A DNA stretch of 64,000 bases from a virus, in the IMG/VR virus record IMGVR_UViG_3300045988_088815, positions 32,001 to 96,000 of that record. The stretch is one strand, 5' to 3'. Position 1 is the stretch's first letter; each line of letters begins with the position of its first letter. Shown one piece after another: positions 50,801-60,020 of this stretch. Under the pieces are notes generated by a model. The model saw only the letters and a list, made by a program, of their open reading frames with translations. It was not told the DNA's origin and searched no databases. The position numbers and the translations under genes are program-made.

Positions 50801-50827
50801 AGCCATCCTTCGGGGTGGCTCTTTTTT
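50800..50827 (+). terminator. intrinsic terminator
   Basis: GAGCCATCC-TTCG-GGGTGGCTC followed by TTTTTT. Confidence 0.85.
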
Positions 50828-50890
50828 GTTAACTGTGGTTAATATAACAAAAATGTTACCATGAAATTTGGCTATATAACAAAAAAGTTA

Positions 50891-50898
50891 TATCTTTG
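50891..50898 (+). promoter_or_regulatory. -7 promoter box TATCTTTG for hicAB
   Basis: Exact TAnnTTTG match 33 nt before ATG 50932. Confidence 0.5.
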
Positions 50899-50931
50899 CA
50901 ATGTCTTAAGGACAAAAGAGTTCTTGTAACA

Positions 50932-51114
50932 ATGAAGAAAAGCGAATTGATTAAGAGACTGAGAGAAGCGGGATGCTTCCTGTCTCGACAAGGTTCGGGA
51001 CATGAAAAATGGACTAATCCTAAAACGGGAAAGTCTCAATTCGTGCCAAGACACGCTAGAGAGGTCGCCACAGGCACCGCTCATAGTATTCTAAGAGAAT
51101 TGGTTGGGGAGTAA
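50932..51114 (+). CDS. hicA: HicA mRNA-interferase toxin
   Basis: MKKSELIKRLREAGCFLSRQGSGHEKWTNPKTGKSQFVPRH is the canonical HicA pattern. Confidence 0.85.
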   Translation: MKKSELIKRLREAGCFLSRQGSGHEKWTNPKTGKSQFVPRHAREVATGTAHSILRELVGE

Positions 51115-51183
51115 TCCCCACCTTTCTCTCTTCATTGCTTAAAGGACTCTTTTTTTTTGTTAAGAAGATAAACGAATATATAT

Positions 51184-51582
51184 ATGAAGAAGATTAAAGT
51201 TATTGTAGAACAAGCCAAGGATGGGTCTTTTTGGTGTCATACCGAAGATGGAATAGGTAAGGTTGGCTTAAACTCTTGTGGAGAAACTGTTGCCGCTGCG
51301 AAGCAAGATTTAATGGATTGTTTGGCGTTGGCAAAAGTGGATGCAAAAGAGAATGGAGAAGTGTTTCCTGACGTTGAATTTGAATACAAGTATGACTTGC
51401 AATCTTTCTTTAATTATTTCTCTTTCCTCAATGTGTCAGAGATTGCAAAACGAGCAGGTGTCAATCCTTCATTGATGCGTCAATATAGTAAAGGCATAAA
51501 GCAAGCTGGCGAGAAAACTTATGAACGTTTGGCGCATTGTATGAATGAAATAAAAAAAGATTTGGTAGCCGCTACCTTTTAG
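51184..51582 (+). CDS. hicB: HicB-family antitoxin with C-terminal HTH
   Basis: The N-terminus IVEQAKDGSFWCHTED...GETVAAAKQDLMDCL is HicB-like; C-terminal VSEIAKRAGVNPSLMRQYSKG. Confidence 0.7.
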   Translation: MKKIKVIVEQAKDGSFWCHTEDGIGKVGLNSCGETVAAAKQDLMDCLALAKVDAKENGEVFPDVEFEYKYDLQSFFNYFSFLNVSEIAKRAGVNPSLMRQYSKGIKQAGEKTYERLAHCMNEIKKDLVAATF

Positions 51583-51620
51583 GCGTGTGGCTTCATTGTT
51601 GCAATAGATAAAGAACTCAG

Positions 51621-51654
51621 AGCCTTCTGCATGTGAATGTGGAAGGCTTTTTTG
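51621..51654 (+). terminator. intrinsic terminator after hicB
   Basis: AGCCTTC / GAAGGCT stem followed by TTTTTT. Confidence 0.7.
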
Positions 51655-51760
51655 TGTCTAGACCTTATTTTCTGCACTTAAATCTTTAGTGAAATAGCAC
51701 ACCTTTATTCTTTCGTTATTCCTTTGATTATTAGCTAATTTTGCCAATAAAACATAAAAT

Positions 51761-54700
51761 ATGGCAGAATTAAGATTCGATGTCAAAGCGAATTTCGAGG
51801 AGGTTACGAAACTTCGTTCCGAGTGTGAAAAGTTGAGGGCTGAGTTATTGAAGACCAATAAGTCTACCGACCCAGCTATTGTTGCGGATTTGACGGAAAA
51901 ATATGCGGATGCTAGCAATCGCTTAAAGGACTTGACACAAGCTGCTTCAAGAGCCGCTTACGTGATGTCTTCCGAGTTTAATAAGAAGATGCAAGCAGCC
52001 GCAAGGGAAGTTTATAGCTATGAACTTCAAATGCAAGCTACCAAAGACCGAATAGAGAAAATCCAACAGCAAATCACGAACAAGAGATTAACTCTTGGAG
52101 TTACAACGGATAAGTCATCCATAGATTCTTTACAGAAGAATATTGACTATTTAAAAGGCTCTTTGGCAGGTCAAACAGCTCAGTTGAAGAACTTAGAAGG
52201 GGGTGCTGTCGGTGCTCGTCAGACCTTGGAGAATATGCGGAATGAGTATGTTTTGTATGCAGGTTCAGCAAATCCGGCAAAAGAGGCAACAAATATGTTG
52301 ACCGATAGCATGAGCCAAATGATAGAACGTATGAAGTCAGCTCCGACTGCTGGAGAAGGAATGACTAGTTTGTTCCAAAGAGTTACTGGCGATGCTCACA
52401 TGCTTTCGGCAACATTACTTGGTGGCTTAGGATTTGAACAACTGGCAGGTAGTATCTTTAATACTCGTTCCCAATTCCAGCAACTTGAAATATCTTTCAA
52501 TACCATGCTTGGTAGTGCGGATAAGTCTAAGCAATTGATGGACGAACTTATCCAAACGGCAGCTCATACACCTTTCGATATGTCCAGCATTACGGGTGGC
52601 GCAAAACAACTTTTGGCATACGGAACGGAAGCGAAAGATGTTAACAAAACCCTTGTCCAGCTTGGTGACATTGCTTCGGGCTTGAACATTCCGCTTGGAG
52701 AACTTGTTTATCTTTATGGAACGACCGTTTCGCAAGGAAGAATGTTCACAATGGATTTGCGTCAGTTCATGGGTAGAGGTGTCCCATTAGCAGAAGAATT
52801 GGGTAAAATCTTACACCAAAACACAACGGAGGTTCAAGAGTCTGTTTCCAAGGGTAAAGTGACATCAGACATCTTCAAGGAAGCTATCGCCAACATGACG
52901 CAAGCAGGTGGACGCTTCGGAGGCTTGATGGAGCAACAATCAAAGACATTGGAGGGTCAGTGGAGTAACATTGGCGATTCCATCCAGCAAGCGTTCAACG
53001 AAATCGGCAAAAAATCCGAGGGCGTGTTCTCTAGTGGATTGTCAATTATTTCTGCTATGGTAGAGAATTGGCAAGAGGTAATAAAAGTTATTGGTGTAGC
53101 TACAATAGCTGTTGGTTCTTATCGTGCATCGTTAATGGCGGCTGCTTCTATTCGCAAAGCTGAGGAAGCGCAACAAGCCGATGATATGATGAAGGGAATT
53201 GATGCAGAAATCAAGCGTTTGCAAGACCTAGAGAACTCAAACTACAAGTCGCTGGGTAAGGACAAAAAGCAAGAGCGAGTAAGCAAACAACAAGACTTGG
53301 CAAGTATTGTTGGAGATACTGCTGTGTCCGATGACTTTGTAAAGGCAAGGTTAGATGCAGCCGAGCAAGAGGGCGTTATTTCGGCACAAATGCGTTCCCA
53401 ACTAGAGACGAAACGTGAACTTTTACAGGCTCAGCAACAAGCAACAGCACAAAGCCAGATAGAACTTGATGAAGAAAAAAGAAAGACCGAGGAACTTCGT
53501 CAACAAAAAATAGAGTCTCTTAAAGATGATTTGAAGACTACTACGGAGAAAATATCAAATCTTGATGATAGGGATGTAGAGTTGGCTAGACAATATACAT
53601 CAGCTTTGAATGATTTACAAGATGCCCAAGATGCCTTTGCTGAGGCTCAAAAATTGGTTGAGGAAACTGCTGGTGGCGCAAACTTGGCTTTTGATGCAGA
53701 GGGTAATGCCGTGAATGCGCTAGAAGCAAAAGAACGTTTGGAAACGGCAACAAAACAAGTGAATGCTGCTCAAACAAAGATTTCGACCATTGAAAGCGAA
53801 CGTAAGACGATTGCTCAAACAAAGGAGAATTTAAGTAAGCAACAGGCTACGATACAAAATAATATTAACACTGTTTCTCAAGCTTCCAATACCACTGCAA
53901 AGAAAGCTGGGATATTGGCGACAACAACAGCCACTATCAAAAATGCGCTTTATGCAGCAGGTACAAAATATACGACTACGGTAGTTAATCTTTTTTCTAG
54001 TGCGGTAAGAAGTAGTGGAAATGCCTTGAAGAGTTTATGGGCGGCAATGGCTGCTAATCCGATAGGTGCATTGATAACACTGGGAACAACTTTGTATTCC
54101 GTATTTTCTATGTTTGGAGACGAGACTGAAGAAATTTCGGCAGATACAACACATTTTGGGGAAACAACAAGTTTGACCAGTAAAAAGGTTGAGACATTGA
54201 TGAATGTGTTGAGAAATACGAATGAAAGTACTGATGCACATAAAAAAGCAAAAGATGAACTTATTGGGGTATATGAACAATATGGAATAAAATGCGACAA
54301 TGAAAAGGATAATTTGGAAACGTTGAAAAATAAGCATGACGCTTTTATTGCTTCTTTACAATTAGAAAATGCTGAACGAGAAAAAGCTAACGCTTTGATG
54401 TCTATATCTTCTCAATATGAGGAAGCAAGGAAAAACCTAGATAAGGATTTTTCTGATTCACTAGGTGGTAGTTGGCTTGATTTCGGACAACATATTGATA
54501 AAGAAGACATATCAGCTGTACAGATGATGTTTAATTCACTTGTTTCTGATGATGCGTTGACTAAGATAGACTCTTTAAGGCAGAAAATGGATTCCGCAAA
54601 GAAAGGAACATTGGAATATGCTAATGCCGCACAAGAATACGATGCTGCTCTTCGCAACCTGTTAGTTCCTTTTGAGGAATGGGGTAAGAAGATGGGGTAC

Positions 54701-57700
54701 AATAGTTTCGTGATGGCAAGTTTGCGAAGTTCGATATTAAAGCATATAGATAGTATAAACTCTTTGAATGAAAGTTACAAAAAGGCAGAGGACGCAATAT
54801 ATAAAGGAAGCACAGCGACTGTTGATTGGAATAACTCCCAAGCAAAGGCTCGTTGGATAGTAAACAAGAACAAGCAATCAATCCAAGAATTGGTAGAGCA
54901 AACTGATAATCTTATCAATTTATGGAATAAAGAATATGGGTTGAATTTAAAAATTCATTATGATGATTCGGAAATTCCAAATTGGATGAAATCTATGACA
55001 ACGAAGGAGTTGCGAAATTTAATTTCAAGGAGAGAGGCGGATATTTTACAACAGGAAAATCACGAAAAGAAAACTGGGCATAAGTTGGTAACACGTTCAG
55101 GAGGTAAGTTTAGGTCAAGAACGGAAAACCAAACGGATGTCGCAATGGCGAAATCTATAATTCAATCACGTATACCAAAGAGTAGTACAACAACAAAATC
55201 AAATACAGCCCATACTACTCCAAAGAAAACAGGTACAACGGATGACCCACAAGCAAGAGCGTATGAACGCAAGAAGGCTGAGGAGGACTATTCCAAGTCT
55301 ATTTCATCCTATTCGGAGAAAGCTATCCAAGATATGACCAAGAATCGCATCAATGCGATGAATGAGGGTTATAGCAAGGAATTGGCTCAGATTACCGAGA
55401 ATGCCGACAAGGAGAAAAAAGCGGTAGAAGATGGTATAGACAAATTGGTTGAGGCTAGGAAAAAGCGTGACCAAGCTGTTTGGGTTAATTCCGGCAAGGG
55501 TCGTAAGGCTAATATGTGGAAACAGAGCAAAACCAATGAAGAGTACAAGAATGAGGTTTTGAATGAAACCATGAAGGATAGCAAGGGTAATCCGGTTAAG
55601 GTCAATGGTATGAATATGACCATAGGCATGAGTGTTGCTAATCAGATGAATGCAATTCGCGATAAGGCGGTAAAGCAGAATGAGGATGTGCTTGCTAAAG
55701 AAGCGCAAAGCATGTACGATTATCTGAAGACTTATGGCACATTCCAGGAGCAGAAGTTAGCTATTGCTGCCGATTATGCTAAGAGGATTAGCGAGGTTGA
55801 AAACTCTACGGATTCGGACTCAAGCAAGCAATGGAAGATAAAGTCTTTGAAAGAAGAGCAGAAGAAAGAGACGGATTCGGTTGAGGCTAGTGCTATTATG
55901 CAGAAGATAGACTGGTATCAAGTCTTCGGAAATGTTGGTGGCATTATGAAAGATGCGCTTGTTCCTTTATTGGCAGATCTGGATAAGTTCGTAGGTACGG
56001 ATAAGTTCCAAAATTTGGGTGCAGACCAGCAGAAGAGTATCGTTGATGCTATGCAGAATATCCGTAATTCGATTGGCAATACAAGTGATTTAGGTTGGAA
56101 AGACCTTGCAAGGGATGTTGTTGCTTATCAGGATGCTCTGAAGAATGCGAAAATTGCACAAGAGGAATACACGAAAACGGAAACTTTGCTTATACCTCGT
56201 ATTAAGGTTTTGCAAGAACAGATTGAGAGTGCGAAAAAGTCGGGCAATGTTGCAGAGCAAACAAGGCTACAAGAAGAATTGAATAAAGTTCAAGGTCAGT
56301 TAGCGGAGTCCGGAAAGAAGATTGTTACGGCTAACACAAAAGTTCGTACTAGTGGTCAGAAGTTGGCTCAAACGACACAGAATGTGACACAACCGATTTC
56401 CGCTATCCATGAGTTCCTTTCTACTTCTGGACTATCCGATTTGGCATCTCTTTGGGATAGTTTTGACCAACTTAAAGGTGGAATTGACGGATTGAAAGCT
56501 TTAAAGGAGGCTAAAAATGCGGCTGACGGACTGAAGGATATGGGTAAGGAAGCCGCAGATGCAGCCGCAGCCGCTGGCAAGAAAGCTGGCGATGCGCTAA
56601 GTGAAGGATTGTCAAAAGCCGGACTTATAGGCCAAATTGTTGCTGCCATTTTGAAGATACTTGATGTTTTGAAGGATGGTATCGGAACATTGATTAGCAG
56701 CTTGATTGATACAGTTCTGAATGCGGTCAATGGTATATTGAAGAACATTCTAAGTGGTGAGTTTATCACACAGATAGGAGGGTCTTTGGTAAGCGGTATC
56801 GGTAATATTCTCAATACAATCTCGTTTGGTGGCTTCAATAGTTTGTTTGGAGTAGGTGGAAACGCAAAAGAAGTAAACCGGACTATAGACAAATTGACGG
56901 CTAGGAATGAAATCTTGACGGATGCAATAGACAGATTACGTGACTCTATAGACAAGACTAGTGGTATCAAAGCCGTAGAAGACTCAGAAAAAGCTGAAAA
57001 ACTTCAAAAGGAAAAAGAGCAAAACCTAAAGGACATCATGGTGGCACAAATGGGTTATCATGGCTCTCATGGAAGTTTTAACCGTTATTTCCGAGGATTT
57101 TCGCAAGAGCAAATCAATAAGGTGTCTGAAGCGATAGGTAGACAATGGAATGGAAACCTAAGCGACATACGGTCTGCTGATGAAGCTAATGCGTTGTTGC
57201 AAAATCCTGATATTGTTAACAAGATTCAGAACACTGGTAAGGGAAATTATGGAGGAAGAGTCCTCGAAAAGTTGAAAGATTATGCGGCTGAGGCAGGAAC
57301 ATTAGAGGATATTGCTGATGACCTAGCAGAAAGCTTGACGCAAATATCTTTTGATAGTTTGAAGAGCGAGTTCATAGATACTTTGATGGATATGAATTCC
57401 TCTGCTCAGGACTTCTCTGATAATTTCTCCAAGATGCTTATGCAAGCCGTTCTGAAAGCTAAGGTAGATGATTTGTTGGGTAATGATATGCAAGCATTCT
57501 ATGATGAGTGGACGGAGCGAGCTAAGGCAAATGGTGGCAAATTGTCTCAGACGGATATTAATGAATTGAAGGGAAGGTACGATGAAATGGTTCAAGAAGG
57601 ACTGAAGATTAGAGATGAAGTAGCCGAAATAACTGGTTACAAGCAATCTTACGAGCAGTCTGCGTCTTCCGGTTCTTTTGAATCCATGAGCCAAGATACA

Positions 57701-58024
57701 GGAGAAGAGTTGAATGGTCGTTTTACAGCGGTGCAGATCGCCACAGAGGGAACGTATGAGGAAGCAAAGCTCATAAATACCAAGTTGGATGCTATTGCGG
57801 CTCGTGATGGTGGCGCAGAGGGTAGCTTACTAACAGCTAGCGTGAATACTATTATGGGTAATGTAGGCAATATTTGGTTAGCCGTTGATGAGGGAAGAAC
57901 TATTCTTGCCCAAAGTCTGATGTACTTGCAGTCGATTGATGAGCGACAAGAGCGATGGCATAAGCCTATGTTGCAAGCATTCAATGATATACACGAATTG
58001 AAAGATAAAATGAGTAGATTGTAA
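51761..58024 (+). CDS. tail tape measure protein (2087 aa)
   Basis: The TP901-type core FNTMLGSADKSKQLMDELIQTAAHTPF...AKQLLAYG...LGDIASGL...GRGVPLAEELGKIL, with long coiled coils and three hydrophobic/Gly-rich segments. Confidence 0.85.
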   Translation: MAELRFDVKANFEEVTKLRSECEKLRAELLKTNKSTDPAIVADLTEKYADASNRLKDLTQAASRAAYVMSSEFNKKMQAAAREVYSYELQMQATKDRIEKIQQQITNKRLTLGVTTDKSSIDSLQKNIDYLKGSLAGQTAQLKNLEGGAVGARQTLENMRNEYVLYAGSANPAKEATNMLTDSMSQMIERMKSAPTAGEGMTSLFQRVTGDAHMLSATLLGGLGFEQLAGSIFNTRSQFQQLEISFNTMLGSADKSKQLMDELIQTAAHTPFDMSSITGGAKQLLAYGTEAKDVNKTLVQLGDIASGLNIPLGELVYLYGTTVSQGRMFTMDLRQFMGRGVPLAEELGKILHQNTTEVQESVSKGKVTSDIFKEAIANMTQAGGRFGGLMEQQSKTLEGQWSNIGDSIQQAFNEIGKKSEGVFSSGLSIISAMVENWQEVIKVIGVATIAVGSYRASLMAAASIRKAEEAQQADDMMKGIDAEIKRLQDLENSNYKSLGKDKKQERVSKQQDLASIVGDTAVSDDFVKARLDAAEQEGVISAQMRSQLETKRELLQAQQQATAQSQIELDEEKRKTEELRQQKIESLKDDLKTTTEKISNLDDRDVELARQYTSALNDLQDAQDAFAEAQKLVEETAGGANLAFDAEGNAVNALEAKERLETATKQVNAAQTKISTIESERKTIAQTKENLSKQQATIQNNINTVSQASNTTAKKAGILATTTATIKNALYAAGTKYTTTVVNLFSSAVRSSGNALKSLWAAMAANPIGALITLGTTLYSVFSMFGDETEEISADTTHFGETTSLTSKKVETLMNVLRNTNESTDAHKKAKDELIGVYEQYGIKCDNEKDNLETLKNKHDAFIASLQLENAEREKANALMSISSQYEEARKNLDKDFSDSLGGSWLDFGQHIDKEDISAVQMMFNSLVSDDALTKIDSLRQKMDSAKKGTLEYANAAQEYDAALRNLLVPFEEWGKKMGYNSFVMASLRSSILKHIDSINSLNESYKKAEDAIYKGSTATVDWNNSQAKARWIVNKNKQSIQELVEQTDNLINLWNKEYGLNLKIHYDDSEIPNWMKSMTTKELRNLISRREADILQQENHEKKTGHKLVTRSGGKFRSRTENQTDVAMAKSIIQSRIPKSSTTTKSNTAHTTPKKTGTTDDPQARAYERKKAEEDYSKSISSYSEKAIQDMTKNRINAMNEGYSKELAQITENADKEKKAVEDGIDKLVEARKKRDQAVWVNSGKGRKANMWKQSKTNEEYKNEVLNETMKDSKGNPVKVNGMNMTIGMSVANQMNAIRDKAVKQNEDVLAKEAQSMYDYLKTYGTFQEQKLAIAADYAKRISEVENSTDSDSSKQWKIKSLKEEQKKETDSVEASAIMQKIDWYQVFGNVGGIMKDALVPLLADLDKFVGTDKFQNLGADQQKSIVDAMQNIRNSIGNTSDLGWKDLARDVVAYQDALKNAKIAQEEYTKTETLLIPRIKVLQEQIESAKKSGNVAEQTRLQEELNKVQGQLAESGKKIVTANTKVRTSGQKLAQTTQNVTQPISAIHEFLSTSGLSDLASLWDSFDQLKGGIDGLKALKEAKNAADGLKDMGKEAADAAAAAGKKAGDALSEGLSKAGLIGQIVAAILKILDVLKDGIGTLISSLIDTVLNAVNGILKNILSGEFITQIGGSLVSGIGNILNTISFGGFNSLFGVGGNAKEVNRTIDKLTARNEILTDAIDRLRDSIDKTSGIKAVEDSEKAEKLQKEKEQNLKDIMVAQMGYHGSHGSFNRYFRGFSQEQINKVSEAIGRQWNGNLSDIRSADEANALLQNPDIVNKIQNTGKGNYGGRVLEKLKDYAAEAGTLEDIADDLAESLTQISFDSLKSEFIDTLMDMNSSAQDFSDNFSKMLMQAVLKAKVDDLLGNDMQAFYDEWTERAKANGGKLSQTDINELKGRYDEMVQEGLKIRDEVAEITGYKQSYEQSASSGSFESMSQDTGEELNGRFTAVQIATEGTYEEAKLINTKLDAIAARDGGAEGSLLTASVNTIMGNVGNIWLAVDEGRTILAQSLMYLQSIDERQERWHKPMLQAFNDIHELKDKMSRL

Positions 58025-58048
58025 ACTTAATATGTGCCATGTTAAAGT

Positions 58049-58085
58049 AAGAGGGGAATGCGTGATGCACTCTCCTCTTTTTTTT
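58049..58085 (+). terminator. intrinsic terminator after tape measure gene
   Basis: AAGAGGGGA / TCTCCTCTT stem followed by TTTTTTT. Confidence 0.7.
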
Positions 58086-58168
58086 ATGGAGAAAGTTTTT
58101 GTTTTTCACAATATAGATAAGTGTTGTTAAACTGAGTGCTAATTTTTGGTAGAGTGGAATATAATAGT

Positions 58169-58176
58169 TATCTTTG
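58169..58176 (+). promoter_or_regulatory. -7 promoter box TATCTTTG
   Basis: TAnnTTTG match 26 nt before ATG 58203. Confidence 0.45.
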
Positions 58177-58202
58177 TAGTCGATTTCAAAACTTATAAGG
58201 AC

Positions 58203-59099
58203 ATGAAGATATTAGAACCAAAATATGAAATCCTATCCCAAGGAGAGGGTATGGATGGAGTTTACAAGCAGATAGAGCTGTGTGGTCGCACATGTTATGC
58301 GTCAAGTATGAAGATAGACAAAGACAGCGCAAAGCCTTTCGTTGAGCGTATGGTAAGCAGCAATCATCTTGCCATGTGTGAGCATGGAACGATTTACCTC
58401 CATGTAGCCTATGAAGAAGGATTTTTTGTACCGGAGTCTTTATTGGTCAAGCACTATCGTGAGAACAAATATTCAAAGGTGATGCAGATTGGCAGTGACT
58501 ACTATATCACAACCAACTACAGAGTGATAGTTGAAAATAACTGGTTTGAGGATTTGGACTATATTTGCGAGCCTACGGAATGGCATGAGAAGCGAATAAC
58601 AGTCCGCTTTACTACTCAGATTGCGGTAAGTAGAGAGGCTAACAGACATCGTGTAGATTCCGTAGCGGAACAAAGCACTAGATATTGCAACTATAGTAAA
58701 GATAAGTTCGGAGGCGAGATTGCTATCAACAAACCAAAGTGGGTTAGCGATGATGATGCGGTTAATCCATTGTCTTTTGATGGTGGAACATTTGTTGACC
58801 TATCAAAGAACATCGGTAGTTATGAACATTGGAGTCCGGTAGAAAAATGGTGGTTTGCTAATAGAGTATGCGAAATGATGTATTTGTCTTTGGTCAAGGA
58901 TGATGGTCTTAAGCCACAGGATGCGAGAACAATACTTCCTCTTGATACCAACACGGAGTTGATTCATACCGCATTTGTGAGCGATTGGAAGCATTTCTTC
59001 GAGCTGAGAAGCCTTGGTACGACCGGAAAGCCTCATCCAGATATTGAGGTCTTGGCAACACCATTGATGAATGAGTTCAAGGAACGAGGTTTGATTTAA
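58203..59099 (+). CDS. thyX: flavin-dependent thymidylate synthase ThyX
   Basis: ThyX signature RHRVDSVAEQSTRY (RHRxxSxxxxSxRY); start moved to the ATG after the promoter box. Confidence 0.85.
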   Translation: MKILEPKYEILSQGEGMDGVYKQIELCGRTCYASSMKIDKDSAKPFVERMVSSNHLAMCEHGTIYLHVAYEEGFFVPESLLVKHYRENKYSKVMQIGSDYYITTNYRVIVENNWFEDLDYICEPTEWHEKRITVRFTTQIAVSREANRHRVDSVAEQSTRYCNYSKDKFGGEIAINKPKWVSDDDAVNPLSFDGGTFVDLSKNIGSYEHWSPVEKWWFANRVCEMMYLSLVKDDGLKPQDARTILPLDTNTELIHTAFVSDWKHFFELRSLGTTGKPHPDIEVLATPLMNEFKERGLI

Positions 59100-59105
59100 A
59101 CGTTT

Positions 59106-59576
59106 ATGAAGAAGAAAGCCAAGCAAATAGCCAAGGTGATGAGCAATGATTCTTTGGAGGTTGTTGCTCATATGATTGCTGATGAGGCAAAAGGTGTGCG
59201 CTACGAGGTGTATGCCGATGGTTCTAGTAAGAAAGAAAAGTGTGGTTGTGGCTGGCTTGTGCTTCATAAGGGAGTTATTATCAAAAGTGGGAAATATACT
59301 TTTATCACAGCTAAAGTGAACGATTCGGTGAGAGCCGAAATAAGGGCGGTTATTCATGCATTGGGTGATTGCCCTATTTCATGTTCTGTTGATGTATATG
59401 TGGATTGCCAAGTAGCTATAGAGAGAATACAGGCATGCAAGTTAGGAGATTTGCAACCTATATATAATAAGGTAGCGAAAGACAAGACGATAAGATACCA
59501 TTGGGTAAAGGCTCATAGAGGTAATATGTATAACGAAATGGTGGATTCTTTGGCTTTTTCCGCTACAGAAAGTTAA
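59106..59576 (+). CDS. rnhA: ribonuclease HI
   Basis: YADGSS, VRAEIRAVIHAL, VYVDCQ and WVKAHRGNMYNEMVDSLA give the DEDD pattern. Confidence 0.8.
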   Translation: MKKKAKQIAKVMSNDSLEVVAHMIADEAKGVRYEVYADGSSKKEKCGCGWLVLHKGVIIKSGKYTFITAKVNDSVRAEIRAVIHALGDCPISCSVDVYVDCQVAIERIQACKLGDLQPIYNKVAKDKTIRYHWVKAHRGNMYNEMVDSLAFSATES

Positions 59577-59610
59577 TTTTGAGTCTAAGCGTATAATAAG
59601 CGTTAAAAGA

Positions 59611-59723
59611 TAAAAGAAATACATTAAATAATTTGCACATTTCAAATATTCTTTGTATCTTTGCATTGTAATTAAGAAACAAGGTTACTAATTTTAAAAA
59701 GGTGAGACACACCTTAAAAACTG
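59611..59723 (+). promoter_or_regulatory. promoter/leader cassette copy C (-7 at 59656, leader motif at 59701)
   Basis: Near-identical to copy B across the -7 box, spacer and GGTGAGACACACC. Confidence 0.7.
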
Positions 59724-59732
59724 TGATTCGTT

Positions 59733-59954
59733 ATGAATACTAGATTGAGTAAGAAAGAAACAATGGTTTATGGCAATATCGAAGTGATGGCTGATGTAAT
59801 TGGGGGTAACAAGTACTTTACATTTGCTGAGTTGTATGATTTCGATTTGGATAATACCAAGGATGAGTTGAAAGAAATCTTAAACTCTTTGACAGAGAAA
59901 GGCTACTTGAAGAGTTTTCACGATTTCTACGAAACTTATCGAGTTTTAAAGTAA
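59733..59954 (+). CDS. hypothetical protein
   Basis: 73-aa ORF 10 nt after the leader motif. Confidence 0.55.
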   Translation: MNTRLSKKETMVYGNIEVMADVIGGNKYFTFAELYDFDLDNTKDELKEILNSLTEKGYLKSFHDFYETYRVLK

Positions 59955-60000
59955 GAACGATAAAGGGGATATAAATCCCCTTACAATATAAATTTAGAGC

Positions 60001-60020
60001 GTGAGACACACGTAAAACTG
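60001..60020 (+). promoter_or_regulatory. partial leader motif, copy H
   Basis: GTGAGACACACGTAAAACTG, preceded by the hairpin AAGGGGAT-ATAA-ATCCCCTT (59963-59982). Confidence 0.4.

Larger units (their letters stand above)
50592..50827 (+). ncRNA. candidate phage non-coding RNA (about 235 nt) with pentamer-repeat tract and UUCG-loop terminator
   Basis: Promoter at 50578 and terminator at 50800-50827, with no ORF above 17 codons. 5' hairpin GTAGCT..CAATAT / ATATTG..AGCTAC. Confidence 0.5.

Noticed and set aside
50521-51114. A type III toxin-antitoxin system (repeat RNA antitoxin plus downstream toxin)
   Set aside because: The toxin is a HicA with its own promoter and a HicB protein antitoxin. 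The repeats are degenerate pentamers, not the discrete units of about 36 nt seen in ToxI-like RNAs. It is kept only as an analogy in the ncRNA finding.
52101-57984. Antisense and alternative-frame ORFs inside the tape measure gene (e.g. 56368-56970, 55304-55708)
   Set aside because: These are shadow ORFs of a long, compositionally biased coding region, with no signals of their own.
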